A stretch of DNA of 64,000 nucleotides from Anaerolineae bacterium (GCA_022826865.1 JAJDUC010000047.1:41324-105323), one strand, 5' to 3'; shown: positions 8,673 to 16,801, counted from the first letter of the stretch. Notes: generated from the sequence alone by a model not told the origin. Numbers and translations are program-made.

Positions 8673-10782
8673 GCGCTTCCTCTCGTGGCAGCCGCCGCAG
8701 GGCCGCCTGCAAGGTTTCCAGCAGCAAGCCCCGTCCTTCATAACCGCTTTCGCTCAACTCGCTGTAACCGAGGTAAACCGCCCGGCGGCAACGCCGCGTT
8801 AGAGCCAGCAGCAGGCTCCGCAAGGTCCGCCGATCCAGCTCCCGTTCATCGTCGTCCGTCCAGACCGCGCCCGCTGGCCACTGCAAGCTCAAGACATGCG
8901 GGTGCGTCAGCGGCTGATACAGGCGGCGCGACCAGCCGTCGCTGCCAATGTTCAGCCAGAATTGATAATCGACGGCGCGGTTGCTCAGCAGGAAGGTGTA
9001 GGCGGGCGCGATGAGCGCCGCCCCGTCGCTATCCGCCAGCCAGTCGCGCAAATAAAAATTCGCGATCAGGCCGCGATCGACCATCTTCACGTATTCCAGG
9101 CCCAGGTCAACGGGTTCGTCGTATCGGCTCATAAATTCCAGCGACCAGCGGAAACCGCGCGCCGAATCCACCAGGTTCATGCTGATGTTGCCGGCATCGA
9201 CATCGCGATGAAAGCCAAAACCGACGCGGGAGAGCACTTCGCCAAAAAGGCGCCGGAAAAAGATATCGAGGGCCAATGTCTGCTTTGCGTCAATATAGCG
9301 TTGAATCCAGGTATAGAGGGCGTCGTATCGTTGGCCGAGCTCGAAGGTGATGCGGTCTTGCATGGCCGCCGACTGGATATCGGCGAAGGGATGCAGTTTT
9401 CCGCCCCGATATAGCATTTCGGTCAGCAAGGCGGCGCGGACCAGGTCCAGGCCGTCGATCGCGGTCATCAAGGCGAAAGCGATGTCCATGCCCGGCGGCG
9501 CCAAACGCCAATGAGGGTGCGCGATCCGCGCCAGGGCGAGCAAGGCGCGCGCGGCCGGTTCATCGCGCAGGGCCCGCGACGGCCGATGGGAGCGGGCCGC
9601 TATGCCCCGTTTGTCCAGGGCTTCGGCCAGGCCGAAGCGCAGCGCATCAGAGAGAAAGGGCGCCAGCAGCGCGATCTGCTCGGGCGCGACGCCCTCCTCG
9701 GCGATGAGACGGCTGACCTGATCGGCGACCCAATCGACCATCTGGGGATGATAACGATGCGCCTCGCTGATGATCGCCAAACGCGGATCCGCCTGCTGCG
9801 CCTCGGCAGCCGCGCCCAACTGCGCCGCCAGCGCATTGCTCAGCGCTTGCATCTCCGCGCCCATCACGACGCTGTCCTTCAATTCTAACGATACATCACA
9901 GAAGCGCCGCAGGCGGCGCGCATTCTGCGGGTCCGCGCCCAGAAAGCGCCGAAAGCCGGCATCGCGGTCGCAGATAATCAGCGCCGACTGGCATGTTTCC
10001 AGCAGATGCGCCAGAAAGCGATGTGAGGCGGGGTTATCCTCTTCGACATTATCGACGATAAGATGCCGGCAGCGGCTGCGGAGATAAGCCCGGGCCTGCG
10101 GCAAGCCCATGATCTGCTGCTTGAATACCTCCACGTAGAGCGAAAAATCCAGCAGATTGCGCGCCAGGCAATGTTCGCGGAAGGCCTGGGCGCAGGCTTG
10201 GGCATCATCAAAGATATGCGCTTGCTCCGGGCCCGCGGCTAAAGCCGACTTCAAGCGGGCGCCGATCTCGCTGATGGGAAAGCCAACCAACGCCGCCTTG
10301 TTCATATTGTCGACGATCTGGCTGTAGAGCCGCGCCCGTTCAATCCGCACGCTGTGGAAATAATCTCGCTGATCCAGCAGGGGTTCAATGACGCGGCTCA
10401 TCATGTACTGCGCCATTTCGAGGCTGAGGAAAGTGGGCAGGTCCTGCGGATGCTTGAAGCCCGCTTCCTCTGCGATCAAAAACCAAAAAGTCTCGACCAT
10501 GCGCAGCGACAAGCTTCCCAGCGTATGGATCGCAACCTGGCCGCCATGATAACCGGAGGGGGCGCGCAGGGCTTCCAAATAGGGCTGCGCCAGCGAGCGC
10601 TGGGGTAGAAATATAAGAATGGATTCTGCCGGAACGCCGAACTCGAGCAAGCGCAGGACCCGAGCAACACCAACGCTTGTTTTGCCGCTGCCGGCCGGCC
10701 CTTCCAGCCAGACCTTTTCATCGGCCGCGGCAAAAACGCCTGCCGCTTGCTCGGCGGAAAAACTGGAATTCGGAACAAGCAT
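8665..10782 (-). CDS. UvrD-like helicase-fold protein with degenerate motif II (AddB/RexB-like inactive motor?)
   Basis: 705 aa. Walker A LEGPAGSGKT is present, but the motif II position reads LIVDNVEED instead of DExx. I could not find a clear H-x-x-KGLE motif. Confidence 0.7.
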   Translation of the reverse strand: MLVPNSSFSAEQAAGVFAAADEKVWLEGPAGSGKTSVGVARVLRLLEFGVPAESILIFLPQRSLAQPYLEALRAPSGYHGGQVAIHTLGSLSLRMVETFWFLIAEEAGFKHPQDLPTFLSLEMAQYMMSRVIEPLLDQRDYFHSVRIERARLYSQIVDNMNKAALVGFPISEIGARLKSALAAGPEQAHIFDDAQACAQAFREHCLARNLLDFSLYVEVFKQQIMGLPQARAYLRSRCRHLIVDNVEEDNPASHRFLAHLLETCQSALIICDRDAGFRRFLGADPQNARRLRRFCDVSLELKDSVVMGAEMQALSNALAAQLGAAAEAQQADPRLAIISEAHRYHPQMVDWVADQVSRLIAEEGVAPEQIALLAPFLSDALRFGLAEALDKRGIAARSHRPSRALRDEPAARALLALARIAHPHWRLAPPGMDIAFALMTAIDGLDLVRAALLTEMLYRGGKLHPFADIQSAAMQDRITFELGQRYDALYTWIQRYIDAKQTLALDIFFRRLFGEVLSRVGFGFHRDVDAGNISMNLVDSARGFRWSLEFMSRYDEPVDLGLEYVKMVDRGLIANFYLRDWLADSDGAALIAPAYTFLLSNRAVDYQFWLNIGSDGWSRRLYQPLTHPHVLSLQWPAGAVWTDDDERELDRRTLRSLLLALTRRCRRAVYLGYSELSESGYEGRGLLLETLQAALRRLPREEAHV

Positions 10783-10984
10783 TCAGGTATTATAGTCGCA
10801 GAGTTCAGCTCGCCCTAGCCTGCAGCGCGCGGGGGCCGCCTGACGAGCGGAAGCCGGGTAACGTATGACCAGATTTTATATTGCTAATATTTAACAAATC
10901 TCGCTCCCTGGTCTTGCAATTTCCACCGTCAAGCGATATACTTGCATAGTATCTATACAGTTCAGTATCGGAGTTCCTGCATTC
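10783..10984. promoter_or_regulatory. AT-richer divergent intergenic region between the helicase operon and the wHTH-parAB operon
   Basis: 202 nt with no ORF, visibly AT-rich compared with the flanks. It contains CAGAGTTC (10800-10807), TATCTATACAGT (10950-10961) and GGAGTTC (10970-10976). The same motifs recur upstream of the Prim-Pol gene. Confidence 0.45.
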
Positions 10985-11230
10985 ATGACGCAAGATCATC
11001 GTCCTCGGTCCGAGACACGAAAGTTGATGATCGATACCGTTGCCCGGAGCGAGCGCCCGCTCACACGCACAGAGATTGTAAATCGGCTCAACCGGAAGAA
11101 GACCCCGCATCTCATTGACATGATGGATGCTTTAGTGGATGACGGCATATTTCGTCGCAGTATCGTCACATTTAACAATGGTGTAACCGGTTATGTATAT
11201 ACTGTTGCTCGCGAATTCGCGCGGAAATAG
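10985..11230 (+). CDS. Small winged-helix-like DNA-binding protein (probable regulator/adaptor of the par cassette)
   Basis: 81 aa. The pattern ..PLTRTEIVNRLNRKKTPHLIDMMDALVDDGIF.. is wHTH-like. The stop is 10 nt before parA. Assignment is by pattern only. Confidence 0.45.
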   Translation: MTQDHRPRSETRKLMIDTVARSERPLTRTEIVNRLNRKKTPHLIDMMDALVDDGIFRRSIVTFNNGVTGYVYTVAREFARK

Positions 11231-11240
11231 GTAACGGGCT

Positions 11241-12038
11241 ATGAAAATCATTACGCTCTTGAACGAAAAGGGCGGCGTCGGCAAGACGACGCTCGCGACT
11301 CATCTCGCCGCTGGTCTTTCCATCCGGGGCAAACGGGTCATCCTGGTCGATGCGGATCCGCAGGGGCATGCGACAATCGCCTTCGGATTGAACAAGGAGC
11401 CGGGCTTTTACGATCTCATCGTGCGCAACGCGCCCTTTCAAAAGGTGCTGCGCCCGGTGCCGGCCGAGCGCTTCAATGTGCCGGATGAGGCGAAGAACAC
11501 GCAGGGGCAGCTGCTGGTGGTGCCGTCCAACATCGAAACGCGCAGCATCGCCGCCAATATCTCGGATGCGTTTACCGTCTTGAAGCGATTCAACCAATTG
11601 CGAAACGCGATCGATTTTGTCTTCTTTGATACATCGCCGACGCCGTCGCTTTTGCATTCGTCGATATATATGGCGACCGATGGCATAATCTACCCGACTA
11701 AATGTGAAGCCTGGAGCTTTGATGGCCTGCGCGAGAGCCTGACACACAAAGACCAGTTCAGCCCAATACGGCAGCAATACAATTTGAACGATATCAAAGT
11801 GCTGGGCGTTGTCCCGACTATGTATCGGGGACGGACGCTGGAACACCAGGACAATCTGCGCCGTTTGCAAGACACATTCGGCAGCCTGGTCTGGAAGCCC
11901 TTGCCGGTTCGCACAATCTGGACGGAGGTCGCCAGCGCGCGCCGCACCGTTTTTTCCCTCGCCCCGGGCAGCAGCACAGCCGAAGATGCCTGGCGCCTGG
12001 TGGACCAGTTGGAGGAGCGGATATATGAGCAGCCGTGA
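11241..12038 (+). CDS. parA: ParA/Soj-family partition ATPase
   Basis: 265 aa. It has the deviant Walker A LNEKGGVGKTT at the N-terminus and VILVDADPQG, and the length is typical. Confidence 0.9.
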   Translation: MKIITLLNEKGGVGKTTLATHLAAGLSIRGKRVILVDADPQGHATIAFGLNKEPGFYDLIVRNAPFQKVLRPVPAERFNVPDEAKNTQGQLLVVPSNIETRSIAANISDAFTVLKRFNQLRNAIDFVFFDTSPTPSLLHSSIYMATDGIIYPTKCEAWSFDGLRESLTHKDQFSPIRQQYNLNDIKVLGVVPTMYRGRTLEHQDNLRRLQDTFGSLVWKPLPVRTIWTEVASARRTVFSLAPGSSTAEDAWRLVDQLEERIYEQP

Positions 12039-13239
12039 GCGCCGGCGCAGAATCCAGGACGAAGAGAGTCTGCTTTCCGCCAATCCCAATTCGCTCGACC
12101 CAAAAACAGCGGACGCCATAGGCTTCGGTTTGGGCGAACTCGCTCTTGATATTGCCGCGGCCGATAGCGAATTCCAGGCGATTGAGGCGGTCAGCATCCA
12201 TGAGATCCAACCCAATTCCATTCAACCGCGCTACAGCATTCCGCATGATCTAAACGATCTCTTCGCGCTGCAGCCCGGCAATGTCGTCGATATCTTCGAA
12301 CGCTGGATCATCGAGGTGCAGCTGGAGACGGGCCGGAAGGATTTCGACATCGTCCCCTATCTTCTGGGCCAGGCGACGGACCGGGGCCAGGAAGCGGAGA
12401 AAGAAAGCGGCGACAGCGGCCAGTCCATTGATCAACCGCCTTCGGCGAAAGAGGCGGCCTTGATGAAGCTGATCGATCTGGCGGCGAGCATCCGGCGGGA
12501 TGGCCTGTCTAACCCGGTAAGCCTGGTGCGCCAAGTCGATCACTTTGAACTCGAAACAGGCGAACGCCGCTGGTTGGCTTATCATGTCTTGTATTGGAAA
12601 TTCGGCGATGGGGACAAGCGGCCCGATGGCAGCGTCGTCAACTGGTCGCGCATACCGGCGCGGGTTGTCTCCAAGGTCGATGTTTGGCGCCAAGCCAGCG
12701 AAAATAATGCCCGCGACAATCTGAACGCCATCAGCCGCGCGCGCCAGCTTTCGCTTTTGCTGATGGACTTGCACGGCTGGCATAATTTCAGTGGCCTGGA
12801 TCAATGTGATAGCGAGCAGAACTTCTATGCGCAGGTCGCCGATGGCGCCGCCTGGCGCATACCGCGCGGCCAAGGCGAGCGCCTTCTCAACGCGATGGGG
12901 CTTTCGGACGCGGGTCAACTGCGGCAGTATCGCGCCTTGCTGCGTTTGCCAGCCGATCTCTGGCGCAAGGGCGATGACGAAGACTTGAGCGAAGGCGAGC
13001 TGCGCCGGATGAAAGTTGCGCTCGATAGCGTTACACGTGTAACGGTAGGCAGCAGCAAGTCCAAGAAGGACGCCCTCTCCCGCCTGGCCGCCGACGCCAC
13101 GCTCTGGCGCAACAAACTCCGCAAGGAGATTAACTCGGTCGATTCCAGCGCGCGACCCAAGCTGCGCAAGCTCATTGAAGCCGAAATACGGCAACTCCTG
13201 CGACTTATGGCGGACATCGACGAATCCGATACCGCCTAA
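12025..13239 (+). CDS. parB: ParB/Spo0J-like partition protein (ParB N-terminal nuclease-like domain)
   Basis: The start is taken at the ATG at 12025 (MSSRERRR), overlapping the parA end by 14 nt. The track ORF from 11809 runs antisense-free through parA and is unlikely. Motifs: IHEIQPNSIQPR and ETGERRWLAYH (GERR box). One parS-like palindrome lies inside its 3' part. Confidence 0.8.
   Translation: MSSRERRRRIQDEESLLSANPNSLDPKTADAIGFGLGELALDIAAADSEFQAIEAVSIHEIQPNSIQPRYSIPHDLNDLFALQPGNVVDIFERWIIEVQLETGRKDFDIVPYLLGQATDRGQEAEKESGDSGQSIDQPPSAKEAALMKLIDLAASIRRDGLSNPVSLVRQVDHFELETGERRWLAYHVLYWKFGDGDKRPDGSVVNWSRIPARVVSKVDVWRQASENNARDNLNAISRARQLSLLLMDLHGWHNFSGLDQCDSEQNFYAQVADGAAWRIPRGQGERLLNAMGLSDAGQLRQYRALLRLPADLWRKGDDEDLSEGELRRMKVALDSVTRVTVGSSKSKKDALSRLAADATLWRNKLRKEINSVDSSARPKLRKLIEAEIRQLLRLMADIDESDTA
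13029..13044. promoter_or_regulatory. parS-like perfect 16-bp palindrome CGTTACACGTGTAACG
   Basis: Read directly. It is a symmetric variant of the canonical parS TGTTTCACGTGAAACA, matching at 12 of 16 positions with the changes mirrored in both arms. It lies inside the parB coding region. Confidence 0.6.
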
Positions 13240-13269
13240 GGCATCAGGCGAATACCCGGATCAAACAAA

Positions 13270-13299
13270 AAAGAGGCGCAGCATGGGATGCGCCTCTTT
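13270..13299. terminator. Bidirectional intrinsic terminator between convergent parB and prim-pol
   Basis: AAAGAGGCGCA-gcatggga-TGCGCCTCTTT forms an 11-bp stem. An A-run lies upstream and T residues downstream, so it reads as stem plus U-tract on both strands. Confidence 0.7.
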
Positions 13300-13318
13300 A
13301 CCTCTCTCAGGCGATTAC

Positions 13319-13334
13319 CGTTACACCTGTAACG
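13319..13334. promoter_or_regulatory. Second parS-like site CGTTACACCTGTAACG (15/16 identical to the first)
   Basis: Read directly. It differs from the 13029 site only at the central G>C. It spans the stop codon of the Prim-Pol gene. Confidence 0.55.
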
Positions 13335-15480
13335 CTAGCGCCGTCCCGAGCGATTTAGGCCAGGGCCCTGCAATCAAACCGATGCTCTCTTCGGGCTTAC
13401 CCGCGCGCAAGGCATGCTTCGCTAGCGATGCCAGGACTTCGCCATGGCCATCCCGCAGCGCCAGAAACACATTGCCATCCCCGAATTCTTTTAACATCCG
13501 ATAGGCGACGCCCCGCCGCGCCGGACGACGCACTTCAGAGCCGCTGCCATCAATGGCATAGAGAAAACCATTGATTGTCTCCGCCACTTTGTTTTCCGCA
13601 ATCCGCGACCCAACCGTCTCGTAGAAAAGGCGCACCCGCTCATAACGTAACATCGATGCCCGCCCCAACAACGACCGCAGCATCTCTCTGGCGCGCTCTC
13701 CCAAAGCCAAGCCTTGCCCGGCGCCAGCGCGCAAGGCAATTGACCGGGCGAACTCCGCTTCCTCCAGTTTCTTGTATCGCAGCGCTGGCTCCCCAGCCAC
13801 TCCCAGACTATAGGACGATACACGCCTCATGCAGACCTGCGCGCCTTGTTCTCCTCGCCGCAGCAGCGCTTCACCGATGTGGCGCCAAGCCGGCATGCGA
13901 CAGCCGCTCGCCGTCTCCAGCCAATAACCATCAGTTGCGTTCTTCGAGGCGCTGCGACGACGACGCGGCAGGCGCCGAAGATTCTCTCGCGTGAGAGCGA
14001 AACGACCGATCTGCGCCGTCCTCGCCACACCCAAAGCCTCGTTGTAGCGCTGGATCGTCCGCCCGCTCACACCCAAACGCCGCCCCAAATGCCGCAGTGA
14101 GGCCTCCGGACGCAAGCGTCGAACATATTCCCGATGCACCGCGACACGATAGCGATGGGCGCTGCCAAGATCCTCCGCATTAATCGCATCCGAAGGCGTC
14201 CAGCTTACCTTCAGCAGCGCCAAGAGCCGGCCCGCGCTCGGCACCTGAAACTTCAACTCCACCGGCCGGCCGCGCTTACGAGATTTAAGTCCGCCACTGT
14301 CCAGGTAATCTACATATCTTCTACTGATAATATGCTTGCCGTCGTAAATTGCTCGCTCTCCCGTCAGAACATCCATCACGCTCTTTCGGTTCAAACCATA
14401 GCGCCGCCCCAGATTGATTGCCTCTTTCATCGTAAAATAGGACTCGGCTATCCATCCGGCCAACATCATCGCATCCAGAAAACGCGCCATGAGCGTCGAC
14501 CCTTGGTCGCTCAGCAGACGCTCCCGCACCGAATTTGCAAGGCCGTCTCCTCTATCGCTGGCTCTCATCGCACGGCGGTAGGCGCTCGCTATTGTCCCTT
14601 GGCCTTCGCGCAGCCGCTCGGCATCTGTCTCCGGTTTGTGACCGGGCATGCTGGCTTCCTCCACATGCCGCATCAGGAGCAACTTCTCAAATTCCCCCTG
14701 CTCCATGCCTTGGCCGCGCGCTAACTTTGCCGCCCGGTACAAAGCATTATTCCGTCCCAATTTCCCGGCTAATCTCCCATACAACTCCACCACATCTATT
14801 TGGATGCCTGTAGAGGTCCCGCTAGCCGCAGATCCGCGCTCAGCTTGCCCCGCATGAAAGTACTCCAGGAGTCGGTCCAGATCTTCTTGTTCCATAGAAA
14901 GCGGCTCTTGATCCGTCACTGCTTTATACAGGAACCCGCCTATGACCGAACCCGCGCCAATCACATAACCGCCTTCCGCCTTGACATCTCCGCCATCAAA
15001 TTGATGGCTCGGGACGCGCGCGCTCACACGAAAATAGACGTGAAAGCCGCGCCGCGTTTTCACGGTGTAGGTCTGGGCGAACTGGGGAAGATGCCGACAA
15101 AAGCGCCGATAGCGAAAATGATCGTCGAAGTCGATCACAAGCAACTGCGATATGCGGCCGCAGATAATTCCCAGAGCGGTAGCTTTACCTCGGAAGGCGT
15201 CTTCCAATTCCCTGGCTGTCATCATGCGTCGCTGAAATTCCCGCCAGCGGATGACCGGCCGTTTCGGCTCGCTCGCTGACATATCGCCTTGCACCGGTAT
15301 CACAGAATAGCCCTGCGCCGTCCATTCTTTCGCCCGTTTTAGCAGGTTTTTTCTCAGCGATTTGGCGGCTGTTTTTGTCCGTTTTTCTTTGAGTCTCACG
15401 GCTTTTCCTTGCAAGTTTTCTCCGTTGTCGCTACTATAGAAAAGAAGCAGACCGCTCTTGAAACAAGAGAAGCTGCTCAA
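13321..15480 (-). CDS. Bifunctional DNA primase/polymerase (Prim-Pol, AEP superfamily) replication protein without a fused helicase
   Basis: 719 aa. N-terminal Prim-Pol motifs: GYSVIPV, LLVIDFDD (DxD), TRRGFHVYFRV, EGGYVIGAGS. The C-terminal two thirds have HTH-like segments (e.g. GRRLGVSGRTIQRYNEALG) and no Walker A. Confidence 0.8.
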   Translation of the reverse strand: MSSFSCFKSGLLLFYSSDNGENLQGKAVRLKEKRTKTAAKSLRKNLLKRAKEWTAQGYSVIPVQGDMSASEPKRPVIRWREFQRRMMTARELEDAFRGKATALGIICGRISQLLVIDFDDHFRYRRFCRHLPQFAQTYTVKTRRGFHVYFRVSARVPSHQFDGGDVKAEGGYVIGAGSVIGGFLYKAVTDQEPLSMEQEDLDRLLEYFHAGQAERGSAASGTSTGIQIDVVELYGRLAGKLGRNNALYRAAKLARGQGMEQGEFEKLLLMRHVEEASMPGHKPETDAERLREGQGTIASAYRRAMRASDRGDGLANSVRERLLSDQGSTLMARFLDAMMLAGWIAESYFTMKEAINLGRRYGLNRKSVMDVLTGERAIYDGKHIISRRYVDYLDSGGLKSRKRGRPVELKFQVPSAGRLLALLKVSWTPSDAINAEDLGSAHRYRVAVHREYVRRLRPEASLRHLGRRLGVSGRTIQRYNEALGVARTAQIGRFALTRENLRRLPRRRRSASKNATDGYWLETASGCRMPAWRHIGEALLRRGEQGAQVCMRRVSSYSLGVAGEPALRYKKLEEAEFARSIALRAGAGQGLALGERAREMLRSLLGRASMLRYERVRLFYETVGSRIAENKVAETINGFLYAIDGSGSEVRRPARRGVAYRMLKEFGDGNVFLALRDGHGEVLASLAKHALRAGKPEESIGLIAGPWPKSLGTALALQV

Positions 15481-15928
15481 GACGAGTGGATCGGCGCCTG
15501 CGCCAACATGGGCCGATCCTCTTTTATTGGGCGCAGATGGGTAAAGCGCTTATCGCCGCTGATCGAAATGGAGCGCTGATGACAGGTTTTGCGATGTCAT
15601 CAGGAGCGGCGGAATCCTCAACGCATTCCAGTCGAAATCACATGCCATTGCTAACGAAAAATACAGCGTTTCGGTGCGAAATTGGAAGCAGAACGTCGGA
15701 TATAAGCCAAGGGATTTTCATGTCGCTGCGACTGTCGGCGGAATGTAGCAATCCTGGAGGCTCGCGCTTTTACCAATATGAACTCAATATATCTATACAG
15801 TCTATAATTTCAGAGTTCTATTCGCAAGCTTTTCCTCTAAATTCCTTGGTTGGAGTCTTCGAACGCTTGCTGATGTCGGGTAAACGCTTATCCTTTAGTA
15901 CGCGTGTTCTAAGGATGCTCGGTCTCCT
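15481..15928. other. 448-nt AT-richer non-coding region upstream of prim-pol (candidate origin/regulatory region)
   Basis: Contains a hairpin CTGATGACA-N10-TGTCATCAG (15576-15603). Direct repeats are GGGTAAAGCGCTTATC (15539-15554) / GGGTAAACGCTTATC (15878-15892) and CGGCGGAAT (15607-15615, 15736-15744). The TATCTATACAGT...CAGAGTTC motif lies at 15790-15818. Confidence 0.4.
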
Positions 15929-16729
15929 TTAGGAGAGATTGTCGTATACGGCAAGCGGCGTGGCGGCAAGCAGGCCGGCGTCAACGGGCAGAACCACACC
16001 GGAGATCCAGCGCGCTTCGTCGCTGGCCAGGAAGAGGGCGGCCCAGGCGACATCCCAAGCGGTGCCTTCCGTGCCTAAGGGCGCGATTTTACGGCGGCGC
16101 GCGCGTGTTTCCTGATCAATCCGTCTTACAAATGGGGCGTATATGTGTCCGGGCGCGATGCAATTCACGCGAATGTTGTCGCGTCCATGATGAACGGCCA
16201 GGACGCGCGTGAGTTGAATCATGCCCGCCTTGGTGACGGCATAGGGGACGTTGCGGGCGCCGCCGGCGCGCAGGCCGTCAATTGAAGCAATGTTGATGAT
16301 GGAGCCGCCGCCGCTTTCTTTCATGGCCGGGATGGCGTGCTTGCAGGTGAAGATGGCGCTTTTCAAGTTCAGCGCGAGGACCTCGTCCAATTCAGCTTCC
16401 TGGATATCGGTGACTGTGCCGGAGCCGCCGGTGGCGACATTGTTGTACAAGATATGCAGAGCGCCGTAACGCTCGCTGCAAGTGGCGACCATATCGCGAC
16501 AGTTGTCTTCATTTGTCACATCGGCCAAGAAGATGGAAGCGCAGCCGCCCGCTTCTTCGATTGCGAGCAGGCTGGCTTCGGCCCGATCTTGGTCATAATC
16601 GACTAGGAGGACTTGAGCGCCTTCTTTGGCGAAGAGCATGGCGGCCGCAAAACCGGTGCCGGTGGGCTCCCCGCGGGCGCCGGCGCCGACTACGATCGCG
16701 CTTTTGCCATCCAGACGTTTATGACTCAT
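15929..16729 (-). CDS. Short-chain dehydrogenase/reductase (SDR)
   Basis: 266 aa. It has a Gly-rich NAD(P) motif VVGAGARGEPTGTG, NNV, and a Y-x3-K centre (PYAVTKAG). Confidence 0.85.
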   Translation of the reverse strand: MSHKRLDGKSAIVVGAGARGEPTGTGFAAAMLFAKEGAQVLLVDYDQDRAEASLLAIEEAGGCASIFLADVTNEDNCRDMVATCSERYGALHILYNNVATGGSGTVTDIQEAELDEVLALNLKSAIFTCKHAIPAMKESGGGSIINIASIDGLRAGGARNVPYAVTKAGMIQLTRVLAVHHGRDNIRVNCIAPGHIYAPFVRRIDQETRARRRKIAPLGTEGTAWDVAWAALFLASDEARWISGVVLPVDAGLLAATPLAVYDNLS

Positions 16730-16801
16730 GTTTTACCTTTCGCGACTGTGTCTTGTTGAGGAGCGACGGGCGGAACCGACAGCATGTGGAAGCGGCCGAT
16801 G

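Larger units (their letters stand above)
10783..15928. mobile_element. Plasmid-type maintenance/replication module (wHTH-parA-parB-parS plus Prim-Pol rep) with AT-rich non-coding flanks
   Basis: The gene content is typical of plasmid, chromid or integrated-element backbones. Both flanks are AT-rich and share short motifs. No integrase or att sites were identified, so this could be an integrated remnant or the replicon's own origin region. Confidence 0.45.

Noticed and set aside
10856-10863. GGGTAACG half-site resembling one arm of the parS-like palindrome in the divergent promoter region
   Set aside because: It has only one arm with 7/8 identity and no partner half-site. That is too short to distinguish from chance.
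11172-12221. 349-aa minus-strand ORF opposite parA, and the 314-aa ORF at 12250-13194 opposite parB
   Set aside because: Both are antisense to genes with unambiguous ParA and ParB motifs. They have no recognisable domains and are shadow ORFs.
15486-15932. 148-aa plus-strand ORF in the gap between prim-pol and the first SDR
   Set aside because: It has no motif and atypical, AT-rich composition compared with real genes here. It ends by running into the convergent SDR stop. I treat the region as non-coding (see finding) but cannot exclude a small gene.
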